Assembly (NCBI GenBank): GCA_964016885.1
Contig: OZ024740.1
Location: 356,314,001 to 356,378,000, forward strand
Reading direction: 5' to 3'
Source of the DNA: Eledone cirrhosa
Taxonomy: Eukaryota
Length of the DNA: 64,000 nucleotides
Below, one piece after another: positions 14,109 to 27,860 of the stretch (the first letter of the stretch is position 1; each line of letters begins with the position of its first letter). The notes below the pieces were generated by a model. The model was not told the DNA's origin, searched no databases, and worked only from the letters and a program-made list of their open reading frames with translations. Position numbers and translations under genes: made by a program.

Positions 14109-15439
14109 GCGCGCGTGCGCGTGTATGTGATGTGTGCTTAGGTCTTTAGAGTTAGAAATGCCCCTTGACACTTTCGCCATTAGAAATATTATGGACCAGC
14201 GATTCGACAGTTGGAAACCTGTAACGCCCTAATGGTATTGTTCACTGTTTGTAGTAAGAAATAACTATATCAGTCAAATCAGTTCTCTCACGTTTTTGAT
14301 ATCTTTGAAATATATCACGAACCTTTTTGCAACAGCATTTCATTCTCAGCATTTCATAAGTTTTGGTATTTATTTCCATTGACACTCTTTAGAATGAAAT
14401 TCGTCTGTTCACCTTTGAATGTTATTCAACAGTATTTAAAGACAAAAAAAAACCTAACTGAAACGATCTATAACCATTTTTGCAGTATTTTATGAGAATT
14501 AGGAAAAAATACCACATTTAAATTTTATCCCATGAATATAAATTATATTAGTAATTTCGCTAGGAAATGATATTGATTTTTCAAATGATGTTTTCCGTTT
14601 GATACAATTCTGTTAATTTTGTCTCCTGTTTCATTCAAAATAATAATAATTTGCAACAAGTTTACATTTTCGTTTACATCTATTGATGTGGAAAACAAAT
14701 AATACTTTATGAATGACAAAGATAAAAATGTAAATTATTCATAAAATAACGAAATCACTGTATTTCGTTTTCTTTATTCACGTTAGCAATTTCATGTCAT
14801 GCCTCGCAAATTATAACCTCGTTTTAGTAGTAAGATTAACGCTATGATTTTAAAAAAAAAAAATTTTTAATAGAAAATGTTAATGTTTTATGCGAAGCGG
14901 TTCTTAATTAATTTAAAACAAAGAAATGGATCTCAGAAAACGGATGTAATTCAATTCACGTCACCACTGGTTCTCATAACTCACAGCCCACTACAAAAAG
15001 AAATAGAAAATTAATAATAAAAAAAAACCTTTATAACAATGTCAAAAGGTCACACATTTATCGCCGAAGGAGTATAATAAATTCTATCTATTTCCAATAT
15101 ATTATATATAACGACTTATTATATTGTATTGATTCCAGAAGATGAGAAAAAGAAAACAGTGCTGAAATCGACTTTAATTTAAACCCATAGGTAATTCTTC
15201 ATCACCACTTGATAATATAATTATATCTTACTTTGCCATAAACCATACCGTTGCAGTGTAGTCTCTTAATGAATGTCAGAATATGGCTGGTACTTATTGA
15301 GTTTAGAGGGAAGAAAGGAATATCGATTTTATATAAACCATCTAAGGTCTCAACTTCTAATAAAATAAATTAACCAAGCACCATAATAATAATACACTTT
15401 CCAAAACAAACATTTTGGTGGCTATATTACAGAGGACAA

Positions 15440-15650
15440 GGGCAGTGGACTGGCAGAATCAGTAGAGCGTCGGAAACCTTGCTTCGCGGCATAGTTACGT
15501 CTCTTTATGTTCTGAGTTCAAATCCCGCCGAGGTTAAATTTGCCTTTCATCCTTACGGGGTCGATAAAATAAAGCACCAGTAATGCACTGGGTCGATTTA
15601 ATTGACTTTCCCCGCTCCCCAAATTGCTGGCCTTGTCCTAAAGTAGAAAT
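15440..15650 (+). mobile_element. tRNA-derived SINE, full length
   Basis: A-box-like TGGCAGAATCAGTAGAGCG and B-box GAGTTCAAATCCC; family recurs more than 10 times in the window. Confidence 0.85.
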
Positions 15651-16207
15651 CTATATTACAGAGGACAATACGACTATATATCGTTGGAATTTTTTTTTAT
15701 AAAATTTGAAGGAAGTATGCAGTAGATTGTATCGAAGTAAAATAACATTACCAGTTTCATATTACGTCGAATGTATATTAAAATCATAATTAGAAGATAC
15801 ACACACGCACAAACACAAACACATACACACATACATATATATATGTGTGTGTGGTTGTGTGGGTGTGGGTGTGTGTATATATGTGTATGTGTATGTGTGT
15901 GAAAAAGAAGAGAAGGTACTCCATATATAAACAGAGCTCATTTATTATGATTCGTGAATACGAAGAATCATATGGCAACATTATGTTTCATAGTGTGGCA
16001 ATCTTACATACATTCACTCAGTTTTTTCAGCCATGTCTCCAGGGAAACTACACTCATGTAGGATTGTCAGAACATGAAACCTAACGCTGGGCAATGAATT
16101 TTCGTGTGTACGAATAATAATAATAAAATATGAATGTATGTATAAATTTGTATACACACACACACACACTCACACACACACACACATATATATATATACA
16201 TAGGTAC

Positions 16208-16238
<31 letters not shown>

Positions 16239-16989
16239 CACACATACTTACTGACGTAGGTGTTTTAAAACACCTTGTACTAACATCATTCAAAAAGTAT
16301 GTGAGTAGAGTGGACATTTTTTTCCGAAGAAAAAGGTGGCTGTGACTTCAAAATTTTAGCTATTATTTCATCTGGCTGTCAGAATTAAAGAGTACAGTAT
16401 GTGGCAAACTTACGATTCAATGACCTGTCAAATATATTCTTTATTTGCACTAAAATGAAGATGGATGCCTTTTCTAGCAGGCCATCTAATCCTAAAAAAA
16501 CTCCCTCCATAGCTACAATAAATTGAATGGTAGCTATGAAGGGTAATTCCTGTATGGCAACAAGAGATATGAAAGATGATGGTCATTTAATCAATAAAGT
16601 GCTGATCTACTTGTTGAATGCTTGATATTTTGTATCATCATCACTTATATTTGATGAGTTATACACTAAACTTGCGTGTACTTTAAGAAAGAGAGACCGT
16701 CTTGACCTAGATTCATAATATATATACAACGTCTTTAGCGGTGTGCTTTAAGCAGAGGGGATAATATGATTTACTATTTTACTATATAACATACAACAAA
16801 CGTGATTCAAATCAATAATTGCAAAGAATTCCTGTTTAAAATATTTTTCATTTTTAAGCTGTGTTTTAGCATGGCTTTAGTCGTGAGAGCAACACCAGAC
16901 CAAAAGAAATAAAGAAAAAATGTCTTTTCTGTCTGAACATCTATTCGGTATCTAAATCTATGTTCTCTTATTAACAACAATAATAATAA

Positions 16990-17105
16990 TGGTTTCTGAT
17001 TTAGGCACGATGCAAGCAATGTGGGGGGAGGGGAAAGTCGAGTAAATCGACACCAGTAAGGATGAAAGGCAAATCTGAATTCGGCGGGATTTGAACTCAG
17101 AACGT
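16990..17105 (-). mobile_element. SINE, 5'-truncated, in (TAA)n
   Basis: TTAGGCAC...GTAAGGATGAAAGGCAAA...GGCGGGATTTGAACTCAG. Confidence 0.8.
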
Positions 17106-17367
17106 AATAATAATAATTCTTTGTTTATTAACCACAAGGGTTTACATAAAGTAGACATTAAGGACAGTACAGGACAATACAGGACGGTACAAATGGGCAT
17201 TTCTGCGTGTAAAAAAAACAAAAACAGGATGTAACAAAAAATAACAATGAAAAATTCCCCAATAGGGGGGAGACTTCCGAGGGACATTTGTGGAGAAAGC
17301 CCATTAAAAGGCCACAGTGACCCTGACCACCAGGGAAAGTGCCCTCTCCCAGTTTTCCACCTTTAAT

Positions 17368-20300
17368 TTACAGACACATACTCAGAGTAGGCCCATTCAC
17401 TCGGGCCATTCTTGCTTCTCTCACCCATCTTTCAACAAAATGCTGGGAAGAGAGCACTTCCCTCTCTACCCTGATTTTCCTTTTCAAATGAAATTTGAAA
17501 AAGTTAATTAGGGCATCACCGAAGAGGTAAGTGCTCGTCTTCAGCCCTTTCAAACGTGTCCACCATACTATCTCTTTCGCCATGGCCACCAGACAGATAA
17601 AAACTGCCTGCCCTTCCCGGCTAAAGGAAGAGGGCGGGGAAATCCTCACGATGGACTCAGCTGATAGTTGGATCCGTCCTACACGTGACAGCAGGTGTTC
17701 GACATAAACCCACAAGTCAGCAATGCTCGGACACTGGACGAGTGCGTGCAGGACGGTTTCGTCGCCCTGCGCGCATCTCGGACATGCCCGGATGACGGCA
17801 CCTCCATGCCTGTAGAGTTTATCCCGAACTGGCAAAGCTCCTCGGTAGCACTGCCAGCCCAGGGATTTCTGGAAGTTATCCATAGGCCTCGGCCCGAAAG
17901 TTCTTCCGAAGAGATTGGCTAGTTGATTTTCGTCGACGCCTAGAGTTTCTCCAAGTACGTCGTCGCTCTTCCCCTCCACTAATCCTCTATAGAACGCCAA
18001 GGTGGAGTTTCCACCGATCACATTGCCCGATTGGTCGAGGGTTATGAGCGCCTGAAGACATTCCAGTCTCCAAGCGCAGCTCCGTCAAGGAGACAAGCTG
18101 GGGAAAGACGCGTCTAGCAAACGGCGACCACACATGATCACCGTCGAGGAAGAGGTGGAGATGTCGTAGCCTGAGCACGTGTCTGCGCATCATCAGCCAC
18201 GGCATTCCCAGCCCTCCACGTAGCGGGTGTTGACCATCGGAGCGCGTCCCTTCCACAAAAAGCGAAAGAGCAAACGCTACAGCGCAGTCAGGCGGGGCTT
18301 AGGACAAGGTACGACGGTCAGGCGGTAGTAGATGACGGACGCAATGTACGCGTTATCCACCTGCGCTCGACCTTTCAGGGATAGCTTCCTCTCCGCCCAT
18401 TTCTGGGTGAGAGAAGCCACCCTGCTCGTCGCCTCGTCCCAGCTTTTGTCCGTCTGGAGGTTCGGACCGAACCAGACCCCTAGCAATTTAACCGGTCCGT
18501 CCGTCCAGCGCCCGACGACGCTGTTGGACGGCATGGACCTGCCTCTCCAGGTGCCGAGCTTCAGGCCCACTGACTTTTCCTGGTTGATCATTGATCCTGT
18601 CACCGCTTCGTATTCTCTTAGTGTAGTGCCGATCGCCTCGATGTGTTTGGCGTTCGACACCACTACGGTGACATCGTCCGCATATGCTGAGACGGATCTT
18701 CCGCATCCTGGTTCGCGCGGGACCCCCCTCAACGTCTCCAGTTTGTGCAGTAATGGCTCGAGAGTCAATACGTAGGACTGCCACAAGGTAACGATGGTCG
18801 ACCCTATCGAAAGCTTTCGACTGATCTAAATTGATCAAGGACCCACCCGTACCAGGTTCCCCAGCTACCTTCTCTACGATGTATCGCATGAGGTGGAGGT
18901 TGTCGTGGATGGATCTGATGGGAATGTCGCATGTCTGTGCCTCTCCCACCAGACAATCCAACGACAAGCGCCAACCTCTTTGCTAGCACCTTGGCCAAAA
19001 TCTTGAACTCTGTGTTTAGCAGAGTTATGGGCCTGAAATTATCTATGTTATCCCCCTTGTTCGGATCCTTTCTCAGCAGCGCCACAGCTCCTCGGCTCAA
19101 AGAGCTGGAAATTCTCCCGTTCTGTTGCCAGTTGCAGTAGACGTCCGCCAAGAGGCCTCCGAACAAGTCTGGCATATGTACGTAAAGTTCATAGGGCAGA
19201 CCATCCAAACCAGGCGATTTACCCCTTGTGCAGCGAGTTATTGCCTCCCGTACTTCAGCGGCTGTTATCGGCTTTTCGCAACACTCCGCCTCAGTGGCTG
19301 AGAGCTGCGGCAGTCCGTCGAGGTAGACACTAAAGTCCATCCCTCGATCCGGCCCGCCGGTGCCCCCGAACAGCTGGGCGAAGTGTCGCTGGAAAGCTTC
19401 ACACATTTGCCCGGGATCGAGTAGCATGCGCCTGTCGTGGTCCACCAAAGACCGGATCGTGGCTTTGTTGCCACGACGCGCCTCCGCCACTCGGGCCCAT
19501 TGAACGGCTTTCGTCCTCTCGTGTCTGAGAGAACGCACCCTAGCTCTGAAAACGCAGCCTTCGTGCTTTGCATTGAAGAATTGGTCAAGGGCCAATTTCG
19601 CCGCAAGTACGTCGGTGGCAATGCCTTTGCTAAGCGCCTCGTCTAATTTTCTAACTAGTTCTCCCTCTGCTCTATTTTTCACTATTGCTAAAGCCTTACT
19701 AAACCTAATGGACTCTATTCTAATCGCTCTATTCAGAGCAAACCACCACTTGTTGTTGACGATGGCCCCCCTCAACGCCCGCTTAACTAGTTCGCTAATC
19801 CGGTCTCTGTAGGTCTTGCGCGCTGGTAAGGAAGCGTTTAGCTTCCAGTAGCCGGGTCCTCCTCTATGAAGCCTATCTAAGTCAAGCATACAGATCAGGA
19901 ATTTGTGGTCCGTGTAGCTGACTATCTTGAATTGTGGACAGCCTATGCTAGACCTATCTATTTCCCTACAAAATACTCTATCTATATATGATCTGGATGA
20001 CCCTATGCGATTTGTCCAAGTCCACATTGGCACATTCGGGAAATCCAATCGGTACCTGTCAGACAGTTCAAAACGCCTGAGCAGGTTGGTGAGGCTCTTG
20101 CACCCTCCTCCCCTATCCGCTAATCCCACACAGTCCCAGCGTGCATCTAAGATCCCGTTCTAGTCACCCACTAAAGAGCGGGACGTTCCAAGAAAGGTCT
20201 CCAGACGCCGGAAGAAATCAGGCCGCCCTGCTCCTGTCGGGGCATAGACGGCCACTAGCCTGAAAGCTTGCCCGTCTCCGCTGGTCACGTCCAGCACCAC

Positions 20301-20576
20301 CAACTTACCTTTTAGGTCCAGGAAGATGGCCCGTATGGCGAGATGCAAACCTCTCCGAAAAAGCACAGCAACTCCTCCCCCCCATCCAGGACGGCTGGGA
20401 GATGCGTACACATCGTAGCCGCCGAGGATCGGTGCGAAGGCCCGTGCTCCGGAGATTCTGGTCTCGCTGGCCACTACATCATTGTTTAGTGACCTGAGGT
20501 CGTTGAGCAGGTGGCCCTGCTTCCATGACGACCCCAAGCCACGCGCATTTATACTGCCTATTCTGAGTGAGGTCAT
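17368..20576 (-). pseudogene. ORF2: AP endonuclease + reverse transcriptase + C-terminal zinc knuckle, frameshifted
   Basis: GSINARGL, VAVYAPT, SYIDRVF, YTDHK, GYWKLN, KSPGLDGLP, FRPITLLN, LDQSKAFDRVDH, AYADDVT, CPRC...ETVLHALVQC. Confidence 0.92.
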
Positions 20577-20610
20577 GTTGAAATGGAGTGGAAAAGATGG
20601 GAAAGACCAC

Positions 20611-22067
20611 TTACCTTACTTCTCGTAGAGGAAGGATGATTTCTCCATCCTTTTCACTGCTTGTGGCCTCCTCCGGAAGAATGTCCTTATAAATCCTCCT
20701 GGAGAGTGCTTGTCGGAAGTCTCCGATGTCTTTGGGGAATTTTTGTTTTAGTGTCGTGTACGTTCTCTGTGTGATGCGAGTGATTTGTATGTGTGGAGGT
20801 GGTGTGAACATTTGGGTTGTGTAGTCTTTTTCTGTGATGCTGGTGTTGTGTTGGATGTAGTGTAATAATTGGTTGTTGTTCAAATTTAATTGTTTCTACT
20901 TTAGGCACAAGGCCAGCAATTACCCAGTGCATTACTGGTACTTTATTTTATCGACCCCGTAAGGATGAAAGGGTTGTTGTTCAAATTTAATGCTGAGTAG
21001 TGTGTATCGTTTTGGTTGTTTTGTTTTGTTTGCGTGTGTTGTGGGTTTGTTTCTGTTTCGCTTTTTGGTGACTATTGTGGTGTTGGTGATGGTGGTGTTG
21101 GGGTTAATGATGGTGATGGTGTTGGTATTTGTGGTGATGGGGTTGGTGATGCTGGTGTGGATGGTGGCATAGCTGTCCTAACTTTTTTGTTTGATAGTTT
21201 ATTTGTTTCCCTCTGTATTTTGTTTTTGGAGGGGGAGGGAAGGGGATTTTTTCTTTTATGGTTTCTTTTTCTTTTTTTCTTTTTTCCTGATACCGTTTCA
21301 CACTCCTCGTCGTCACAATCTGTCTCCACTTGCGATAGGTCGGGGAGTGGAAAATCCTCCACAGGCGTTGGTTTTGGTTGTGGCGTGGTGGATGGTGTAG
21401 GCGCTGGTGCTAGTTCCGGGGGGTTGGGTGGTGGTGGTGTTGGTTTTGCTACTGTTGCTGGGGTTGTTGCTGTTACCGTTGCTTCTGTTGCTGCTGCTAC
21501 ATTTGTTGCTGCCAATTCTGCTGCTGGTGGTGTTGATTGTTTAGTCACTGGGGTGGGTAAGAGAGGTGGCCTCAACCTTTTAGCCTGAGGGCAGAAAGCC
21601 CTTAGGTGGGTTCCTTCACCACAAACGACACAACTAGGCCTTCTGCCATCGACGATTACGGTGAGGTGGCTGCCGTCAGTGAGGTCTATTACCTCTGGGA
21701 TCTCCTCAAGGCTTTTTTGGTCCGCTTGGATCAGGAGCTCCATCCCAGATCCGGGCAAGTTCTCCTGGTTTTCTTTCGCTATTTCGATTATCTTGGTGTT
21801 GGCTTTGATGCCGGCGATGCCGGCAGCCATTAGCCAGGGAATTTCGATGGCCGGTGGAACGTGGGTCACCCTGATCTTCACGAGTCTCTGGCCACAATAG
21901 CTTGGGACGAGTGTGAAGTTGTCACTTCTTAATGGGGCCATGGAGTGTTCTCTGGCCTCCTGTCCATGGTTCCATATTTCTGCCCACGTCTGGCCTCCAC
22001 GTCCACGGTCCCATATTTTTGCCCACGTCTGATGTGGGTTTTTTTGCCCACACATGTTCCAAAACAT
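20611..22067 (-). pseudogene. ORF1 gag-like protein, disrupted
   Basis: CVVCGEGTHLRAFC (CX2CX4HX4C) followed by a Pro/Thr-rich basic tail; true start and end uncertain. Confidence 0.7.
20891..20971 (-). mobile_element. 5'-truncated SINE with 20-bp target-site duplication inside the LINE
   Basis: GGTTGTTGTTCAAATTTAAT at 20871-20890 and 20972-20991. Confidence 0.9.
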
Positions 22068-22869
22068 TTTGGATTTGGGACTCGGATGCCCATTCTACTC
22101 GCGTGATTTTATGTTAATCGTCCGATAAGATACGGTGCATAGCCGCCGATGCTCAATTTTATTAGGTGGGGGGTGAGGCTGATCCTGTACCCATCTTTCT
22201 TTACCATTTTTTGGCTTCTTCTAATTCCTCCTGAGTTACCTGGAATGGTTCGCACTTTTTTGCTACTCTGGCAAAAGACAGAGTGTTTCCTTATTCTCAT
22301 TGTTGCTGTTGTTGTTATCGTTATTTTTGTTATTGTTAATTTTAGTTTCAGTTGTGGTGGTGGTGGCATCAGTGGTGTTCGGTGTGGAAGAGTTCATTCT
22401 GTGTGAAATCATTTCGATATCACGAGATAATTCTTTTTTTCTTTTGTTTCTGTTGTCGCTGTGGTGGTGGTGGGGGTGGCGGCTTCAACATCTGCAATCA
22501 TTGGTAATGGCGGGAAATGAATGTCTGCCTGAGACGAATTAAAACTATTGCTAATGCTTATATTTTTAGTTTTGGCAAACGTAGTAATATTTACAATGGT
22601 GGTGTCGGTGTGAGGTGTTAGTTTGTGAGGAAGGTGTGACTCTAAGTCGTCCATGATTTTTTCAAAGAAAGATTTTTTGTTTGATAATTATAAAAGTTTA
22701 AATTTTGGGCTCAAGGCCCCAATCTTTTTGAGGTCCTTTTCAGAAAACAATGTATGTGTACTAATGTACATTTAACAATAAAATCTTTCCATAAATGGCA
22801 ATTTTAAACAACTGAAAATAACAAACATTTGCGGAGCTCACGATAATACGATTTACTACGTAGGTCGCC

Positions 22870-22920
<51 letters not shown>

Positions 22921-22921
<1 letters not shown>

Positions 22922-25203
22922 GATCAGGCAGTGTGGATTGAGACAGTACAAAAGGAGATTAGTGAACAAGCACACCAACAAACTGATTTGAGTATCACTG
23001 TTGAAACTCTTAAAAGGCAGGCCAAAAAACTAACCAAATGGAATTCACCAGGCTAGATGGTGTGCAGGGGTATTGGATCAAAAATATAACATCCCTCCAC
23101 CCGAAACTGACAACCATGTCCAATGACTGCCTGATGTCGGGTGAGGTACCAGAGTGGTTGACAAAAGGTACCACAGTTCTGGTAATGAAAGACCGAATCA
23201 AGGGTAATCATGTTACCACCTATAGACCTATCACATGTCTGTCCGTAATGTGGAAACTGTTAACAAGCATTGTGTCTTAGGAAATATACCATCCTCTCCA
23301 CATAAACAACTTGTTACCGGACGAACAGAAACGATGCCGAAATAAGTCCCGTGGTACAAAAGACCAGTTACTTTTTGATAAGATGGTAATGAGGAATTGC
23401 AAGAGGAGACACACTGGTTTTACCATGGGATGGATAGATTACAAAAAGGCATTCGACATGGTACCTCATTCTTGGATAACCAATAGCCTAGAGATCTTCA
23501 AGGTGGCAGATAACATCAGACAGTTGTTGAGCAAAAGTATGAAGTCCTGGGAAACAGAGTTAACATCGGGTGGAGAATCCTTGGGAGCCATGAAGATCAA
23601 GAGAGATATCTTCCAGGGAGATAGTTTGTCCCTTCTGTTGTTTGTCCTTGCCCTGATGACCCTGACCATTATACTGCGAAAAGTGAGAGCAGGATACAAG
23701 TTGGGAAAAGGAGAGCTTACTATCAACCACCTCCTCTTCATGTACGATCTTAAACTCTTTGGGAAGAGTGAGAGGAGTTGGATGTACTTGTTGACACTGT
23801 CCGTATTTTCAGCAATGATATATGTATGCAATTTGGTAATAATAAGAGTGGAGTCCTAGTGATGAAGTGGGGTAAATTGAGCAGAAGCAACGGAATCCAG
23901 GTACCAACAAGTGAGATGATAAAGGAAATTGACACTGAAGAAGGATACAAGTATTTAGGTGGTCTGGAGGCAGATGACATCAAGAACAAAAACATGAAGG
24001 AATTGATAAGATCTGAGTACATTAGAGGAGTAAGGAGCGTATTAAAATCACATCTAAATAGTAGGAACTTCATAAGTGCAGTGAATTCCGGAGCTGTGTC
24101 TATTATAAGGTACAGTGCGGGAATTCTGAAATGGAATGTTGCTGAACAAAAAGAAATGGATAGGAAGACTAGGAAGCTATTGACTATCTACAATATGCTC
24201 CACAAGAAGAGTGATGTCGATAGACTCTACTTAAAGAGATCTGAAGGTGGAATAGGTCTTATCAGCATAGAGGACTGTGTTCAGATAGGGAAAAACAACC
24301 TGCACAAATACGTTACTGACAGTAGGGAGCCAATGCTCAGAATTGTACTGAAGGAGAGGACAATAGACCAGGGGATGTCCAAGGAGGAAATAACAGCAAG
24401 GAGGAAGAGCAACCTTCATGAAAAATCCCTTCATAGTACCTTCTTTGAGAAAACTGAATTTAGAGATCCACAGACATGGAACTGGTTAAAAAGAGGAGAC
24501 CTTAAAAAGGCTACAGAAGGAATGCTAATGGCTGCGTACCATATTTACAAGGAGGAGGCTAGCCCACTGTGTAGGATCTGTAGAGAGAGGAGACTGTGGC
24601 TCACATTGAATGCGAATGTAAACACCTAGCCCAGACTCACTATAAAGGCTGGAGACATGATGTGATGGGCAGGGTGATCCACTGGCACCTATGCAAAGTA
24701 AACAATTTACCACAATCTGAGAAGTGGTATGAGCATAAGCCAGAGTCGGTGATAGAAAACGATCAGGTGAAGGTGCTGAGGGATTTTAGTATACAGACGG
24801 ACAAGAAACTGGAACACCCTAGACCTGACCTGGTGGTTTGGGACAATCGTACCTGATTGTGGATGTGGCCTGCCCATTCGACACGAGAGTGCAAGAGAAG
24901 GAGAGGGGGAAAATTAACCGATACCAGGACTTAAAGTTGGAGGTAAAAGGGATTTGGAACTGCCATGAGGTAAAAGTGGTCCCGATTGTCATAGGCGCAC
25001 TAGGTACTATCTCAAAGAGTTTCGAAGGATGGTTAAAGAAAATTTCCCGCCCCGCTTTTTGGAACACTTCAAAATGCATGCTTCCTGGGAACAGCAAGAA
25101 CCCTCCGATACGTCCTGAATATCTGAGGCTGCAGGTAGTGGCTTGATATTCATTTCAACAAACTTTCCAGTTAAATAACATCAATGACTGAGACTCAAAG
25201 AAC
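22921..25203 (+). mobile_element. R4/Dong-like non-LTR retrotransposon (RT + CCHC + REL endonuclease), 5'-truncated pseudogene in (TAA)n
   Basis: [47 protein letters not shown]...HIECEC, RPDLVV, VDVACPFD, KINRYQDL; (TAA)n at 22871-22920 and 25204-25238. Confidence 0.9.
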
Positions 25204-25241
<38 letters not shown>

Positions 25242-25249
25242 TGATGATG

Positions 25250-25378
25250 ATTTCTAGTATAGGCACAAGACCAGCAATTCGAAGGGAGAGGAAATTTGAT
25301 TAAATCGACTCCAGTACGTTACTGGTGCGTTATTTCATCGACCCCGTAAGGATGAAAGGCAAAGCTAAATTCAGAACC
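25250..25378 (-). mobile_element. SINE, partial
   Basis: TAGGCACAAGACCAGCAATT...CGACCCCGTAAGGATGAAAGGCAAAG. Confidence 0.8.
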
Positions 25379-25664
25379 TAATTATAATAATAATAGTAAT
25401 TATTGTTTTATACACTATTATATAGTTACTATTCCCACCAGGCTTTCTTCTTAATACGTTTAGACATCTTCTTATTTCTATTCCTTCCCCGTATTCTGTA
25501 ACTTCAGCAGATTCGTCGAGGGAACTAAACGCGATAAGAATTTACTACAAAAACTATTGGACTCACCACCTAATCTCGCTGAAACCATCTCACCAAGGCC
25601 ACATTGAGTTCTAACAACGTCATCGGTCTCACCACAAACAGGTGGAAACCTATACATACACACG

Positions 25665-25743
<79 letters not shown>

Positions 25744-26099
25744 GGGGGGATACACATCATACGCAGGCACACATATATATCTATATCATATATGCTTATT
25801 ACATTATGAATTATGGAAGGGTTAACATAAAAGAGACAAAATCTATCACAGATCATGATACGATAAATATTAAATATTAGTATGACTCAGTAGAAGTGGA
25901 AACAAATGTGCATTCTGACCTTTAGGAAAATAACTTAGAAAAAAGAGAGAAACGAACGGAAAATGAAGAAGAAAATGAAGAAAAAGGGTGAGTTGTGGAG
26001 AGCAATGTGTAGTGCATTTTTCTTTTATTATATCAGCCATTAAAAAATTATATATTATTGTCATATAAAATATTCTTGTAAAAATCTTTCACGGAAAAA

Positions 26100-26284
26100 T
26101 GTTTCTATTTTAGGCACAAGGCCAGCAATTACCCAGTACATTACTGGTACTTTATTTTATCGACCCCGTAAGGATGAAAGGCAAAGTTAACCTCGGCGGG
26201 ATTTGAACTCAGATGATAAAGGGACGTAACTCTATGCTTCAAAGCATGGTGTCCGACTCTCTACCGATACTGCCAATCCACCAT
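26100..26284 (-). mobile_element. SINE, full length
   Basis: Reverse complement of the 15440 family through CTGCCAATCCACC. Confidence 0.88.
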
Positions 26285-26358
26285 GGGAATTTAGTGGACT
26301 CCACCTTTTTGCAAGCTCGATTGCCGACTGATAAAGGTTATAAGCACAACCCATACAA

Positions 26359-26552
26359 CAGGCCTGTCAACTCTCCCCGTCCAACGGGGAAATCTCCCAC
26401 CCACTTGAGGCGGGTGAGAGATCTCTTTTCTCGTGAAAATGGGCATAGCTTTCATTATGTAAAATCTTCCCATTTTGCCTCATTTCTCTACGTTTTGGGG
26501 CACGTTTCTTTATGGTACTCCACTTTTGGGTTTTTCGAGGCTGTCAGGTCTG
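26359..26552. mobile_element. hAT-like MITE
   Basis: TIRs CAGGCCTGTCAAC / GCTGTCAGGTCTG; 7-8-bp TSD CATACAA(C); second copy at 37957. Confidence 0.7.
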
Positions 26553-27779
26553 CATACAACTCAGAGTAAACCCTTAAACATTACAAAATAAAATAAATGT
26601 AACTCTGTTTTATCATAGAATGAATTTCGTGCTGTTTTAAAGGAGATGCTTCGAAGTCGGGTTGTTGACTGCTTTGAACATAATCTCTACTGTACTTGTT
26701 GTATATATGACAGCATCAATGGAATTTCGAACAGCATTTATTTTAATGAAAACTGCATTAGAAACTGTACAGGTATCATTAACAAGGACCTACACGATAT
26801 CGTAATAAATCAGGGGCTAGTTGTGTCTACTAATCTGATTGTTACTTCTTCTTCCTTTGCCAAATCTGAGAAATGTGACACTCTCACAGATAATCATTAT
26901 TGGAGTTATTAATCCACCAAGAAGAAATAAAATAGTTGATATAGAAATATGAAAATAATTTCAGAGAAATAGAGAATCATACTGAACTATAGATTCTTTC
27001 CAACGAAAGAACGAAAGAAGGAACTTCCACGTTATTCTATCAGAAAAAGTAACTACATCTATCTTACATTACATATTATCATCTTTAAAACGAAAGAAAA
27101 CATTGAATAACGTATTCCTATAATAAGAAATGAGGCCATCATAACCCGAACACTTGTAATAAAAAATCTGTTTGACAAATCCTATTTTTATTAAACAACA
27201 TCAACAGGAACAACAACAAGAACAACAAACTTCCTTATTTGTTGTTCGCTTCTCTATAGTCTTCCATGTTCGATTTTGTCTTTCCTCACTTCAGGGTTTC
27301 TAAAATAATTGCTAGTTATAGATTGCGATAGATGATCTTAATATTACCGTTTGATCAAAGAATTGGCATACAGCCATGTCAAATGAAATCAATATTACAT
27401 CGATATTTTATCTCAGTCAATGTCACCGTATTCATAATATCACTATTGCCACAGCCACAGCATTACAACAGCCTATGTGTAGTCACTTTATCTGCTAGAA
27501 ATAACAACAAAACTTAGAAAAAAACAGAACATAGCTATATTATGACTGGGAGGGAAAAACAGGATATCTTTTGATCATAGCTCATCTTGCTCTGTGTTGA
27601 CAGGGAGTTAAACAATAACAGCAACAACACTACAGACTGGATAGTATGTGTGTGTCTGTGTGTGTGAGTGTGTGTGAGTATATGCGCGCGCGCGCCAACG
27701 TGTGTGTGTGCGTTCATGTGTTCATGTGTGTGTATGAGTGTGAGTGTGTGTGTGGAGCAGCTTGTTTGGTTTTAAATAG

Positions 27780-27860
27780 TGATATATGCCTCGAATTATT
27801 ATATAACCAAGTTAGATACAATGATGTAATAGATGAAGTAATTGATTATACGGATTGCAG
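27780..27860 (+). other. Candidate 81-bp host exon (DICLELLYNQVRYNDVIDEVIDYTDC)
   Basis: TTTTAAATAG acceptor, perfect AG|GTAAGT donor, length divisible by 3 with an open frame; no homology recognised. Confidence 0.25.

Larger units (their letters stand above)
17105..22870 (-). mobile_element. Tx1/L1-clade non-LTR retrotransposon, near full length, decayed
   Basis: ORF1 with a CCHC knuckle upstream of an APE-RT-CCHC ORF2; AATAAA and (TTA)n tail at the 3' end; 5' boundary approximate. Confidence 0.85.

Noticed and set aside
15440-15530. tRNA gene
   Set aside because: A/B-box-like head belongs to a SINE; no complete cloverleaf
26646-26912. 88-aa ORF in unique-looking DNA
   Set aside because: No recognisable domain or splice support
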